Positions 47,436 to 57,400 of a DNA stretch of 64,000 nucleotides are shown here, one piece after another. Positions within the stretch are counted from its first letter, which is position 1; every line of letters starts with the position of its first letter. The notes below the pieces were generated by a model, which did no database searches, was not told where the DNA came from, and saw only the letters and a list, made by a program, of their open reading frames with translations. The position numbers were made by a program, and so were the translations under genes. The DNA is taken from positions 25,281 to 89,280 of the forward strand of contig SCTR01000007.1 of assembly GCA_004297305.1 (NCBI GenBank). The letters run 5' to 3'. The DNA comes from Actinomycetota bacterium (GTDB lineage Bacteria; Actinomycetota; Actinomycetes; S36-B12; FW305-bin1).

Positions 47436-47519
47436 CCCGGCCAGCAGAGAGCAGGGCAGCGACGAGCGTTCCGGCGGCCCGATGTTGCACGCGGTCGGGC
47501 ACCACGTTTCACTCGACGT

Positions 47520-49142
47520 GTGGCTCGGTCGTCCGCAGGTCGCCCCTCAGCCGAGGCGCTGGCGTCCTATCGGGACAAACGGGATTTCGCGGCGACCCCG
47601 GAGCCGAACGGGACGCCGACGGCCCACGACAACTCCGCGGCGCCGGTCTTCGTCGTCCAGCGGCACCGCGCGCGCCGAATGCATTACGACTTCCGGCTCG
47701 AGATCGACGGCGTCCTGGCCAGCTGGGCCGTGCCGAAGGGCCCGACGCTCGACCCCGCCGTGAAGCGTGCGGCGTTCCACGTCGAGGACCATCCGATGGA
47801 GTACGCCGACTTCGAGGGCGTCATTCCGGCGGGGCAGTACGGCGGTGGGGACGTCATCGTCTGGGATACCGGTACCTGGCAGTCGCACGGCAAGGTCGGC
47901 CCCGCGCAAGCGGTCACCGACGGAGAGCTCCACATCGAGTTGGCGGGCCAGAAGCTCCGCGGCCATTTCATGCTGATCCGCACCCGGACCGATGCCGCCG
48001 GCAAGGAGGAATGGCTGCTGTTCCACAAGCGGGACGCCGCCGCCGTCGCCGACTGGGATCCCGAGGATCATCCCCGATCGGTCCTGTCCGGACGCACCAA
48101 CGAGGAGGTCAAGGCGGATCCGGCAACGATGTGGCGCTCGGACCTGCCGGCTGCGGCGGCCGCGGTGTCGTTGCGGCGAGCACCGGCGCTGCAGTCGGTG
48201 CCGGCAGCGGAGCTCGCCGCGCTCGACACCCTCGGCCCCGGCGGGACCTGGCCGATCTTCGGCCGGGAACTGCGGGTGACCAATCTGGACAAGATCCTTT
48301 TCCCGGCCCGGCCAGGAGAGGAACCGGTCACCAAGCGCGACCTGCTGCGGTATGCCGCGCAGATTGCTCCCGTTGTGTTGCCGTACCTCGCGGGTCGCGC
48401 GCTGAACATGCACCGCTTTCCGCAGGGTGCGGCGACCCGCGGTTTCTGGCACAAGGAACTTCCCGCGCATGCACCGCCGTGGCTCCCGCGATGGGACAAC
48501 GCAGCAGCAGACGCCGGGGAGGCTCACACCTACCTCGTCGTCGACGAGCCTGCCGCCTTGGTCTGGGCGGCTAACTTCGGTGCGCTCGAATGGCATGCCT
48601 GGACGTCGCGGACCGACCAGCCCCGGCATCCGACATACGCGCTGGTCGACCTCGACCCCGGCGACCGCACCAGCTGGGATGAGACGCTGCAGTTGGCGCG
48701 CCTGCATCGCACTGCCTTCGACCACCTCGGCATCGCCGCTCGACCGAAGGTCACCGGGCGCCGCGGTATCCAGATCTGGGTGCCGATTGCTCGCGGGCCG
48801 AGTTTCGACGAGACGCGGACCTGGGTCGAGCAGGTGTCCCGCACGGTCGGGGCAATCGTGCCGGAGCTGGTCAGTTGGTCCTGGAACGTCGCGGAGCGCG
48901 GCGGGCTCGCCCGGCTCGACTACACCCAGAACGCGATCAACAAGACGCTGGTCGCGCCATACAGCCCCCGCGCTGCGCCCGGCGCGCCGGTCTCGGCACC
49001 GATCGACTGGGACGAACTGGACGATCCGACTCTGCGACCTGACGGGTTCACGATCCGGACGATCGGGGATCGGCTGGCAGCGAAGGGCGACCTGTTCGCC
49101 GACGTCCTGGCGACGCAGCAGCGGCTACCCCGCTTGCGCTGA
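47520..49142 (+). CDS. ligD: LigD-like NHEJ protein: 3'-phosphoesterase domain + polymerase/primase domain, no ligase domain
   Basis: This is the in-frame part of ORF 47118..49142, from GTG 47520. LASYRDKRDFAATPEP...FVVQRHRARRMHYDFRLE...LASWAVPKGP is the PE domain. LRVTNLDKILFP...TKRDLLRYAAQIAPVVLPYLAGRALNMHRFPQG...GRRGIQIWVPI...YTQNAINKTLVAPYSPR is the LigD polymerase domain. I see no adenylation KxDG motif. Confidence 0.85.
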   Translation: MARSSAGRPSAEALASYRDKRDFAATPEPNGTPTAHDNSAAPVFVVQRHRARRMHYDFRLEIDGVLASWAVPKGPTLDPAVKRAAFHVEDHPMEYADFEGVIPAGQYGGGDVIVWDTGTWQSHGKVGPAQAVTDGELHIELAGQKLRGHFMLIRTRTDAAGKEEWLLFHKRDAAAVADWDPEDHPRSVLSGRTNEEVKADPATMWRSDLPAAAAAVSLRRAPALQSVPAAELAALDTLGPGGTWPIFGRELRVTNLDKILFPARPGEEPVTKRDLLRYAAQIAPVVLPYLAGRALNMHRFPQGAATRGFWHKELPAHAPPWLPRWDNAAADAGEAHTYLVVDEPAALVWAANFGALEWHAWTSRTDQPRHPTYALVDLDPGDRTSWDETLQLARLHRTAFDHLGIAARPKVTGRRGIQIWVPIARGPSFDETRTWVEQVSRTVGAIVPELVSWSWNVAERGGLARLDYTQNAINKTLVAPYSPRAAPGAPVSAPIDWDELDDPTLRPDGFTIRTIGDRLAAKGDLFADVLATQQRLPRLR

Positions 49143-49174
49143 CCGTCCGGCGCTCGCTGCCGATCGCCCGGCAC

Positions 49175-49705
49175 TCACCGTGGCGCCCCCCGCCCGTGAT
49201 CGTGGGCCGGCCAGGCCTCGCGCAGCAGGACGCTGATGGCCGCGGCGAATACCGTCTCACCCATCCACGATTGACCCAGCATGCAGCGGCTCCAGAAACT
49301 CTTGGAGAATCCGAATCTGCGGGTCACCACCCGAGCGAGATTCGGGTCGTCACGAGTGCGGATGACACACGCGAGGCGATGTTGGACCACCGCGACGGCG
49401 AGCGACACCGGATCGCCGCCGGGGGGCAGTACGGTCGTAGCATCGGGATCTGAACCGAACCGATGTGGTTCGAGCAAGTAGTCGCGCGGGAACAATGAAC
49501 GGCTGTCTAGCCGCCGCCGCCGACTGAACCGCTGATCGTCCCGTTCGTGCTCGTCAGCAGCCGGACCACGAAGCAGCGTGGGCGGGTCATCGGATGGCAC
49601 GGCAGTGCCTGACCCGAACAGGATTGCGGGCTGCTGTCGCGACCTCTCGGCGATCGTCCAACGACAAGGATGGCTCGTAGGACGATTTGTTTCGGATCTG
49701 TCCAT
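49175..49705 (-). CDS. Possible HTH-type protein or gene remnant (very uncertain)
   Basis: Only the C-terminal ~90 residues of ORF 49175..50215 look protein-like (LACVIRTRDDPNLARVVTRRFGFSKSFWSRCMLGQSWMGETVFAAAISVLL, loosely XRE-like). The upstream part is R-rich. ATG 49705 is one possible start. Confidence 0.25.
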   Translation of the reverse strand: MDRSETNRPTSHPCRWTIAERSRQQPAILFGSGTAVPSDDPPTLLRGPAADEHERDDQRFSRRRRLDSRSLFPRDYLLEPHRFGSDPDATTVLPPGGDPVSLAVAVVQHRLACVIRTRDDPNLARVVTRRFGFSKSFWSRCMLGQSWMGETVFAAAISVLLREAWPAHDHGRGAPR

Positions 49706-50349
49706 CGCGGACGACAGGTGGTGTGCTGCGGCTCGGAGCACAGCCGAGAACGAGCAGCCACGCCGAGCCGCAGGCAGCCACCACGGCGCCCGGCCCGACA
49801 GCCCGCTGGTCCACGGAGCTACCTCCTGAAGCCGTCGCGGCGGCTGGTCGCCCCCGATCAGCCGTCGCGACATGTCACGGGGATGAGGTCGATAGATGCG
49901 CCAGCACGGCCACGTCCGACGTAGCCGGAAGCTTCTGTGCCGCAGTGGGATCGCCGTCGACGGGAGGCGGCGTCGGTCGGTCTGTCGCCGCATCGCCACG
50001 ACGCTGTCGTGCTCCGTAGCGGTCGGCCGAGCCAGCCGGCTGTCGTGCTCCGCAGTGGTGCGGCGAGTCGGCCGCCGAGACGTTCGTGACCGGAACGTAG
50101 GTACGCCCTCCGACAGGTCCGCCGGCCTTATCAACAGGCGGTCAGGCGGGGGTTGTCCGAGCAGTGCGGGCCGCCTAACGTTCGCCGCGTTGGCCGGCGA
50201 CCGGCTGTCCACCAACAGAAGCCGCCGACCAGCGATCAGTCGGGGCCGGGCTCGTTGGCTACCTGATCCATCGTGTCGGCCGACCCGGCGAGCGGGATCC
50301 GGTATTCCGGCATGGCGAAACCGCGTGAACAGCTACCGAGGAGTGCCCG

Positions 50350-52761
50350 ATGTCAGGTGACCAGCCCCGCCGTTCCGGGACCAGCACGGTCGACGGAGTC
50401 ATGCGGAATCGTCAGGTCGACGCTGCCGCGTTGTACGCCGACGGCTGGGTCACCCGGCGGCACGGATACCTGCCGACAGTCGAGTTGGACATCGCGCCGG
50501 CGGTCCGGCTGCACGAGACGTTCGACCGCGAGATCGACCCGGTGACCTACCAGGTCCTGCGATCGCGTTTCTGGAACATCAATCTCGACCATTTCGACGC
50601 GATCAAGCGGATGTCCGGCTCGCCGATCATCGTGTACATGAGCGACTTCAACACCGCCATTCTCACCGAGAACGGCGACAATCTGGTCGCCGGTCCCGCC
50701 ATCCAATACTTCACGGGGCACAGTGACCTGACGGTCAAGTGGACCCTGGAGAACCGGAGCGGGAACCCGGGTATCGAGGACGGCGACGTCTTCATGATGA
50801 ACGATCCGTACATCGGGACCAGCCACCAGATGGACGTCGCGATCTACAGCCCGGTCTTCTGGGATGGCGCGATCTTCTCGTGGGTCATGAATGTGTGCCA
50901 TGTCGGTGACATCGGCGGCATGGATCCGGGCAGCTTCTGTGCCAGTGCGCCGGACATCTTCCAGGAGCCGGTGGTCATTCCGCCGGTCAAGCTCGTGCGT
51001 CGCGACGTCCTCCAGCAGGACGTGGCCGATGTGCTGGTGCGGCAGAGCCGGACGCCGGACATGGTGGCGTTGCAGTTGCGGGGGCAGGTCGCTGGCTTGC
51101 GCATGGCCAAGGAGCGGATGGTTCACATGCTGTCCGAGTACGGCCCGAACGTCGTCAAGGGCGTGATGCGACGCATGATCCGCGATGCGTCGGCGGCGGT
51201 CGAGCGACGCCTCGCCCAGATCCCGGATGGTGAGTGGAGCGAGACCATCTACGTCGGGAGCGTCGGGCCGGACGACCATGACCTGCACCGGCTGACGACG
51301 CGGCTGCGCAAGGTCGGCGATCGGCTGATCTTCGACAACGCCGGATCCGATCCGCAGTACTTCGCCGCCAATGCCAGCTTCACCACCTGGCGTTCCGGGA
51401 TCGTCTGTGCCGGCTCGGCGTTGCTGGGCTTCGACCAGTTGTACTGTCCGGCCGGAATCGTCGATCACCTGGAGTTCGAACCGGTTCCGGGGAAGATCAA
51501 CTGTTCGGAGTTTCCCGGCGGCGTCACGTCCTCGACCGGCGCCGTGGTGAGCGTCCACGTCGCGTCGCAGGTGTTCAGCAAGATGCTGCTGGCTGCCGAC
51601 GGCGACGTGAAGGACACGGCCAACGCCACCGGTGGTGGCTCACTGCCGGGCTTCTGGCTGTGCTCCGGGCTCGATCGTCACGGCAACTTCGTCGCGGATA
51701 TGACCGGCGATCCCCTCAACGGCTCGCTCGGCGCCTTTCCTGGCCGAGACGGGGTGGACACCGGGGGCGCGTGGTGGTGGCCGTCGAGTCGCTCGGGCAA
51801 CGTGGAGGAGTGGGAGGCCGCACTTCCCGTCCTGTACCTGTACCGGTTGGAGCAGATCGACAGTGGCGGGTCGGGCCGCTGGCGAGGTGGCAACGGCAAC
51901 GAGACGGCGATCATGCCCTACAAGTCGACGGACCTGGTCGTCCAGATCATCTCGTCCGATCCGGCCGTCAACGTGACGCCGGGTCTTGCTGGCGGCCTGC
52001 CAGGGCATTCGGGCAACTTCCTGCACGCCCGGCAGACCGCAGTGCGCGATCTGATGTCCAAGGGCGTCATGCCGGCCAGCCGGGCCGAGCTCGACGAGCT
52101 GCTCGGCGGGCTCACCCGGCTCTCTCCGAAGGCGACGACGTCATTCGGCAACGACGACGTGCTGGCGGTGGACTACAGCGCTGGCGGCGGCTACGGCGAC
52201 ATGCTGTTGCGTCTCCCGGAACTGGTCGCCGCCGACGTCGCCAAGAGCCGGGTGACCGAGGCCCAGGCCCGATCCTCGTTCGGCGTGGTCCTCGACCACA
52301 ACGGCGATCCCGATGTACGGGAGACACGGAAGGCTCGTCAGGCGATCCGCGACGAGCGGCTGGGACGCGCCACGATGCCGCAGGACCCCGTCGGTGCGCC
52401 GGTCGACCCCCGCGATGTGACGAGGATTTCCGACGTCCTGGGCGTCGTGTTCGGGCCATCCGGCAGCAGCCGCTGGGCCTGCGGAGGATGCGGCGCGGTG
52501 ATGGGCTCGACCGACCAGAACTACAAACTCGGCGCCGCCGTCCTCGAGGACAATCCGGCCCACGTCGATCCGCATCGCTACCCGGACCCCACCGACTTCT
52601 GTGACATTCCCTTCGTCCTGCGGCAGTTCCTTTGCCCGTCCTGCGGGACGGTGTTCGCGGCCGAATGCACCAAACAATCCGACCCTCCGACGCTCGACGT
52701 CTCCTTCAGCGCCGCCGGGCTCGCGACGCTGCGTCGCCGTGACACGCCGCAGGTTCGGTGA
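50350..52761 (+). CDS. Hydantoinase B/oxoprolinase-family protein fused to an acetone-carboxylase-gamma-like zinc domain
   Basis: DPVTYQVLRSRFWNI...NDPYIGTSHQMDV... is the HyuB family. The C-terminal ~110 aa (WACGGCGAVMGSTDQNYKLGAAVLEDNP...FVLRQFLCPSCGTVFAAEC) resemble the AcxC gamma subunit, with two Cys pairs. Confidence 0.8.
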   Translation: MSGDQPRRSGTSTVDGVMRNRQVDAAALYADGWVTRRHGYLPTVELDIAPAVRLHETFDREIDPVTYQVLRSRFWNINLDHFDAIKRMSGSPIIVYMSDFNTAILTENGDNLVAGPAIQYFTGHSDLTVKWTLENRSGNPGIEDGDVFMMNDPYIGTSHQMDVAIYSPVFWDGAIFSWVMNVCHVGDIGGMDPGSFCASAPDIFQEPVVIPPVKLVRRDVLQQDVADVLVRQSRTPDMVALQLRGQVAGLRMAKERMVHMLSEYGPNVVKGVMRRMIRDASAAVERRLAQIPDGEWSETIYVGSVGPDDHDLHRLTTRLRKVGDRLIFDNAGSDPQYFAANASFTTWRSGIVCAGSALLGFDQLYCPAGIVDHLEFEPVPGKINCSEFPGGVTSSTGAVVSVHVASQVFSKMLLAADGDVKDTANATGGGSLPGFWLCSGLDRHGNFVADMTGDPLNGSLGAFPGRDGVDTGGAWWWPSSRSGNVEEWEAALPVLYLYRLEQIDSGGSGRWRGGNGNETAIMPYKSTDLVVQIISSDPAVNVTPGLAGGLPGHSGNFLHARQTAVRDLMSKGVMPASRAELDELLGGLTRLSPKATTSFGNDDVLAVDYSAGGGYGDMLLRLPELVAADVAKSRVTEAQARSSFGVVLDHNGDPDVRETRKARQAIRDERLGRATMPQDPVGAPVDPRDVTRISDVLGVVFGPSGSSRWACGGCGAVMGSTDQNYKLGAAVLEDNPAHVDPHRYPDPTDFCDIPFVLRQFLCPSCGTVFAAECTKQSDPPTLDVSFSAAGLATLRRRDTPQVR

Positions 52762-52835
52762 CCTGACCTCATCGCGGTTGTCGACCAGCACTCTTCGCCG
52801 CCCGCCGGGCTGGCCCAGCGCAAAGGACCTCGTAC

Positions 52836-54956
52836 ATGACATCGGACGTGCAGTACCGCGAGCAGGACGGCTATGTGATCGGAGTCGACATCGGGGGGAC
52901 GTTCACCGACTGTGCGGTGACAACTCCCGACGGTCGGGTCGTCGGTGCGAAGTCCCCGACGACGCCAGCGGACCGGTCGGTCGGCTTCTTCGCCGCAATC
53001 GACCTCGCCGCAGCGAAGGTCGGCATCTCGTCGGCAGATCTCTACCGTCGCAGCGAGCGGATCGTGCACGGGACCACGACCGGCACCAACGCCATCGTGG
53101 CGCGTGAGGGAGCCAAGACCGCGCTGCTGACCACGGCCGGCCTTCGTGACGTGATGTTCCTCATGGCCGGTGGCGGGCGGACCTCCGGTCTGGACGTCGA
53201 TCAGGCCTTGCACGGCCCGTCCACGGACAAGCCGATTCCGATCGTGCCCAAACACCTCACCGCCGAAATCGTGGGCCGAATCGACGTCGACGGCGAGGTG
53301 ATCGCGCCGCTCGACGAAGCAGCCGCGCGAGCCACGATCGAACGACTCGTCGCCGTGCATGACATCGAAGCTCTCGCCATCAGCCTGGTGTGGTCGATCA
53401 AGAACCCGGTTCATGAACACCGCGTCGCCGAACTCGCCGCCGAGGTCGCTCCCTGGCTGTACACGACCTGTTCCAGCGACCTCATCTCGCACCTCGGTGA
53501 GTACGAGCGGACCACGACGACGGTCATGAACGCCTACATCGGGCCGCTCATGGTCCGGTACATCGACAGCATCGAGCGGGGCGCCGCCGAACGTGGTTTC
53601 GGGGGCCGCGTGTTGTTCGCCCAGTGCGCGGGCGGCGCGATCACGGGCGCTGAGGCGAAGTCGGCGCCCATCCGCACCGTGCAGTCGGGCCCCGTCGCCG
53701 GGATCGTCAGTTCGGAACTCCTGGCGCAGCGCATCGACACGCCGCAGGTGCTGCTTGCCGACATGGGCGGCACGACGTTCGACGTCAGCGTCATCAATCA
53801 GGGCAGGGCGCTGCGACGCACGAAGTCCCTGCTGCAGCGGTACGAGCTCGCGCTGCCGATGCTGGATGTCGAGTCCATCGGCGCAGGCGGGGGTTCGATC
53901 GCGTTCGTCGACGAGTCCGGACGGCTGAACGTCGGTCCGCGCAGTGCCGGCGCCGTCCCGGGTCCGGCTTGCTATGGCGCCGGCGGCGCAGAGCCGACGG
54001 TGACCGACGCCGACGTGGTCCTCGGCTACATCGACCCGGATCGCTTCCTGAATGGCCGCATGACGATCCGGCCCGATCTCGCCGAACGAGCCGTGGCGGG
54101 GGTAGGTGCTGCGGTCGGGCTGGACGTCGACGCCGCTGCCGCCGGCATCTGCCGCATCGTCGACTCGAAGATGGCCGACCTGATCCGGCGGATGAGTGTC
54201 CTCAAGGGTTTCGACCCTCGTCAGTTCGTCATGTACGCGTTCGGCGGGGGAGGACCGGTGCATGCCACCGCCGTGGCGCGCGAGGCGGGCGTCTCGACCG
54301 TCATCGTGCCCCTGCCGGCGGTGGCTGCCATGTGGTCCGCCTTCGGCGCGGCAGTCGCCGACGTGACGTACGTCTACCAGGAGCCGATGTGGTTGCGGCT
54401 GCCTGCGGCGGCAGCGCCGGTCAACGACGCATTCGCGGCGCTCGAAGCCCGAGCGCTCGCCACTGTTGCCGCGGAAGGCCTCGCCGACCTGCCCGCCACG
54501 ATGGCCCGGTCGGTGCGGGTGAAGTACCGCATGCAGGTGCACGACGTCGAAGTGCCGATGCCGTCGGGCGTGCTGACCGCCGAGACCGTGGCCGACCTCG
54601 ACGATCGATTCAACGAGGTCTACGAACAGATCTTCGGTGTCGGCGCCGGCTTCCGGGAAGGTGGTGCCGATCTCACGGGATTCCAGGTTCGCTACCAGGG
54701 GCAAACGGCCAAGCCGGAACTGCGAGGCGGCGAGCACGGCGACACCACGGTGACGCGGACGAGCCGATCGGTCTACTGGCCCGACCTGGGCGAGCGCCGG
54801 GATACCCCGGTCCTGGCGACGGCGACCGGAGTTCTCGCCGAACCGGTCGAGGGTCCCGCGCTGATCGCGCTGCCGGACACCGTGGTTGTGCTGCATCCCG
54901 GCCAGCGCGCCGTGTCGGATTCCTTCGGCAATCTCGTCATCGACACCGGGGCATGA
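52836..54956 (+). CDS. Hydantoinase A/oxoprolinase-family protein
   Basis: YVIGVDIGGTFTDCAV...HGTTTGTNAIV...ADMGGTTFDVS (HyuA ASKHA-fold motifs). Confidence 0.9.
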   Translation: MTSDVQYREQDGYVIGVDIGGTFTDCAVTTPDGRVVGAKSPTTPADRSVGFFAAIDLAAAKVGISSADLYRRSERIVHGTTTGTNAIVAREGAKTALLTTAGLRDVMFLMAGGGRTSGLDVDQALHGPSTDKPIPIVPKHLTAEIVGRIDVDGEVIAPLDEAAARATIERLVAVHDIEALAISLVWSIKNPVHEHRVAELAAEVAPWLYTTCSSDLISHLGEYERTTTTVMNAYIGPLMVRYIDSIERGAAERGFGGRVLFAQCAGGAITGAEAKSAPIRTVQSGPVAGIVSSELLAQRIDTPQVLLADMGGTTFDVSVINQGRALRRTKSLLQRYELALPMLDVESIGAGGGSIAFVDESGRLNVGPRSAGAVPGPACYGAGGAEPTVTDADVVLGYIDPDRFLNGRMTIRPDLAERAVAGVGAAVGLDVDAAAAGICRIVDSKMADLIRRMSVLKGFDPRQFVMYAFGGGGPVHATAVAREAGVSTVIVPLPAVAAMWSAFGAAVADVTYVYQEPMWLRLPAAAAPVNDAFAALEARALATVAAEGLADLPATMARSVRVKYRMQVHDVEVPMPSGVLTAETVADLDDRFNEVYEQIFGVGAGFREGGADLTGFQVRYQGQTAKPELRGGEHGDTTVTRTSRSVYWPDLGERRDTPVLATATGVLAEPVEGPALIALPDTVVVLHPGQRAVSDSFGNLVIDTGA

Positions 54957-55092
54957 AGCCGACGAAGCAGGAGGCGGGGGACAGGCCGCGGCCAGGTTGT
55001 CGACCGCGCTGAACCCCTCAGGACATGGACGTCGCCGTAGCCGGCGCTGGTGTCGCGGAATGCCCCGAATCGGGCGAGGGAAGGGACCAGCA

Positions 55093-56127
55093 GTGACCAG
55101 CACGAGACCGGAAAGCCCAGCAATCGCGCCGGATACGTCGTCCGTCGCCCAGCCGGCGGGCAGCAGCGCCGCGCCCAGGCGGCGACGTGCCCAGCCGATC
55201 GGTCGGTGGGCCGTCTTCGGGACCTACCTGCTCATCGTCGTCGTCGTGTTCCTGTTGCGGCGCGAGACCTTCTCCGAGTGGGCGACCTGGCAGGGAATCC
55301 TGCAGCAGAGCGCTATCCCGGTGATCGTCGTGGTGGGCCTGACGATCACGCTGATCGGCGGCGACTTCGACCTGTCGATCGGTGCGGTACTCGGCTTCGG
55401 TATGGCGCTGAGCATCGTGTTCATGGCCGAGGTCGGGATCAGTTGGCCGCTGGCGTGCCTGCTGGCCCTGGCGATCTGCGCAGTCATCGGCGTCGTCAAC
55501 GGCGTCCTGGTCACGCGGCTACGGGTCAACAGCTTCATCGGGACCTTGGCCATGACCAGCGTCGTCGCCGGCATCGACGCCAAGGTCACCGGTCAGGAGA
55601 CGATCTCCACCGGGGTTCCGGTCGAGTTCGCCGACGTCGGGATCCAGGCGATCTTCGGCATGAGTGTCGCCTTCTGGCTTGCCGTGATCGCCAGCATCGT
55701 TCTCTACGTCGTGGTGTCCCACACCGAATGGGGCCGGTTCCTCTACGCCACCGGAGAGAACAGCACCGCCGCGAGATTGGCCGGCGTGCGCGTCAGAGCA
55801 ATCCGCACCTGGGGTTTCGTCGCGGCGGCAGCGGCCGCCGGAGCGGGGGGCATCCTGCTCGCCTCGCAGAACGCGTCGTACTACCCCGGTGCGGGCGGCG
55901 GCTACCTCCTACCCGCTTATGCCGCAGCGTTCCTCGGTACCGCTGTGGGGGCTGGGAGATTCGGGGTACTCGCGAGTGTCTTCGGTGTCATCTTTCTGCA
56001 GACCCTGCAGACCGGCCTGACGGTGCTCAACGTCGAACCCTGGATCGTCCTTGTGGTGCAGGGTCTTGTGCTCGTCGTCGCCGTCATGGTCTCCGCCTTC
56101 GGCGCCTCGGCCCGGCGCTCCACCTGA
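55093..56127 (+). CDS. Sugar-type (ribose/xylose family) ABC transporter permease
   Basis: ORF 54886..56127; the likely start is GTG 55093 (or ATG 55060). It has about 9 hydrophobic helices and the motif GGDFDLSIGAVLGF. Confidence 0.85.
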   Translation: MTSTRPESPAIAPDTSSVAQPAGSSAAPRRRRAQPIGRWAVFGTYLLIVVVVFLLRRETFSEWATWQGILQQSAIPVIVVVGLTITLIGGDFDLSIGAVLGFGMALSIVFMAEVGISWPLACLLALAICAVIGVVNGVLVTRLRVNSFIGTLAMTSVVAGIDAKVTGQETISTGVPVEFADVGIQAIFGMSVAFWLAVIASIVLYVVVSHTEWGRFLYATGENSTAARLAGVRVRAIRTWGFVAAAAAAGAGGILLASQNASYYPGAGGGYLLPAYAAAFLGTAVGAGRFGVLASVFGVIFLQTLQTGLTVLNVEPWIVLVVQGLVLVVAVMVSAFGASARRST

Positions 56128-56234
56128 GCGTCGCGCGGCCGCGCCGCAGGGCCGGCCGCAACGTCCACGACCCCGTGCGGGGGGCGCCCACCACCAGTCC
56201 GCACCGTGACCCAGTTTCGAGGAGTCGACGACCC

Positions 56235-57332
56235 ATGAAGAAGCACGTAGGAGGGGCGCTGCTGGCAGGCGCTCTCGCCGCGACGGTCGCGGTGGCCGGC
56301 TGCGGCAGCGGTACGAGTTCACCGAACTCGTCAGCCACGCCGCAGGCCGCTGGAACGGGGGCGAAGGTGGTCGGCGCCAAGACCATCGGACTGCTGCTGC
56401 AGAGCAAGGCCAGCGAGTACGCCGTGCGCGCGATCAGCAGTTCGCAGGAAGCCATCGACCTCCTCGGCTGGAAGATGGTCCAGCTCGATGCTCAGGCCGA
56501 CCCGCAGAAGGTCGTCACCAACCTGCAGACCTTCGTCACGCAGAAAGTCGACGCCGTCATGTCGACGGCGTGGAGCGCCGACGTGCTCCGGCAACCGTTG
56601 CAGGCCGCCAACAATGCCAAGATCCCGGTGGTCAATGTCTGGGCGGAGGTGCCGAAGTCGCCGCTGTTCGCCGGCCAGCTCGGACCGAGTGAGACGTCGA
56701 TGGGGACGGTCGCGGCGGACGAGTTCATCAAGCTGCTGCCCAAGGGTGGCCCGGTGGCCTACTTCAACTCCAAGCAGTTCGGGTTCGGGGCGATTCGGGG
56801 CAAGATTCTCGAGGACAAGATCAACGCCGCGGGCAACATCCAGATCGTCGCGACGCACCAGACCGACTACACCAACGTGCAGGCCGACACGACCAAGGCG
56901 CTGACCGACATCCTGAACGCGCATCCGGACATCGTCGGGTTGTATCTGGACTCCAGCACGACGGTGCCGCAAGCGGTCCAGGTCCTCAAAGCAAAAGGTC
57001 TGTGCGGCAAGGTCGCCGTCGTCACCTACTACGGCGACCTGCCGAACTTGGCGGCCGTCCGCGACGGCTGTGTGAACGTCCTCGTCGATGTCCCGGTCTT
57101 CCCCCTCATGTGGACCGAACTCGATCTCCTCGCCGCGAACCTCGCCAACGGCACGCCGATCCCGCAGGACGGGCCGCCGAGCACGGGTTACCCGTTCCCG
57201 CCGGCCAAGGTCCTCACCATCACCAAGGCGAACGTGCCCCAGGACCCCACGAAGTACTTCGACATCGACTACGACTTCCGAAGCTACTTCAAGGACCGGT
57301 GGGCCAAGGGACTGTACGGGCCCACGTCCTGA
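56235..57332 (+). CDS. ABC transporter periplasmic-type sugar-binding lipoprotein
   Basis: From ATG 56235, within ORF 55050..57332: MKKHVGGALLAGALAATVAVAGCGSG (lipobox), followed by a periplasmic-binding-protein type I fold pattern. Confidence 0.8.
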   Translation: MKKHVGGALLAGALAATVAVAGCGSGTSSPNSSATPQAAGTGAKVVGAKTIGLLLQSKASEYAVRAISSSQEAIDLLGWKMVQLDAQADPQKVVTNLQTFVTQKVDAVMSTAWSADVLRQPLQAANNAKIPVVNVWAEVPKSPLFAGQLGPSETSMGTVAADEFIKLLPKGGPVAYFNSKQFGFGAIRGKILEDKINAAGNIQIVATHQTDYTNVQADTTKALTDILNAHPDIVGLYLDSSTTVPQAVQVLKAKGLCGKVAVVTYYGDLPNLAAVRDGCVNVLVDVPVFPLMWTELDLLAANLANGTPIPQDGPPSTGYPFPPAKVLTITKANVPQDPTKYFDIDYDFRSYFKDRWAKGLYGPTS

Positions 57333-57400
57333 CGACCGCGGCGGGTTCGGCCCTGTGGGGTCGGACCCGCCAGGCCTGTCACCAGAGTCGGAGGAAGCAG

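Noticed and set aside
47311-47505. 65-codon N-terminal extension of the nuclease-helicase ORF (start at 47505)
   Set aside because: The extension is encoded by the CCACGAG repeat array and is repetitive (LVG/R-rich). The conserved TM0106-type N-terminus begins at the MMTRVYLL methionines (47310/47307).
47118-47519. Upstream 134 codons of the ligD ORF
   Set aside because: The region is R/P/A-rich and overlaps the divergent helicase gene and the intergenic repeat. The conserved phosphoesterase N-terminus (LASYRDKRDF) starts just after GTG 47520.
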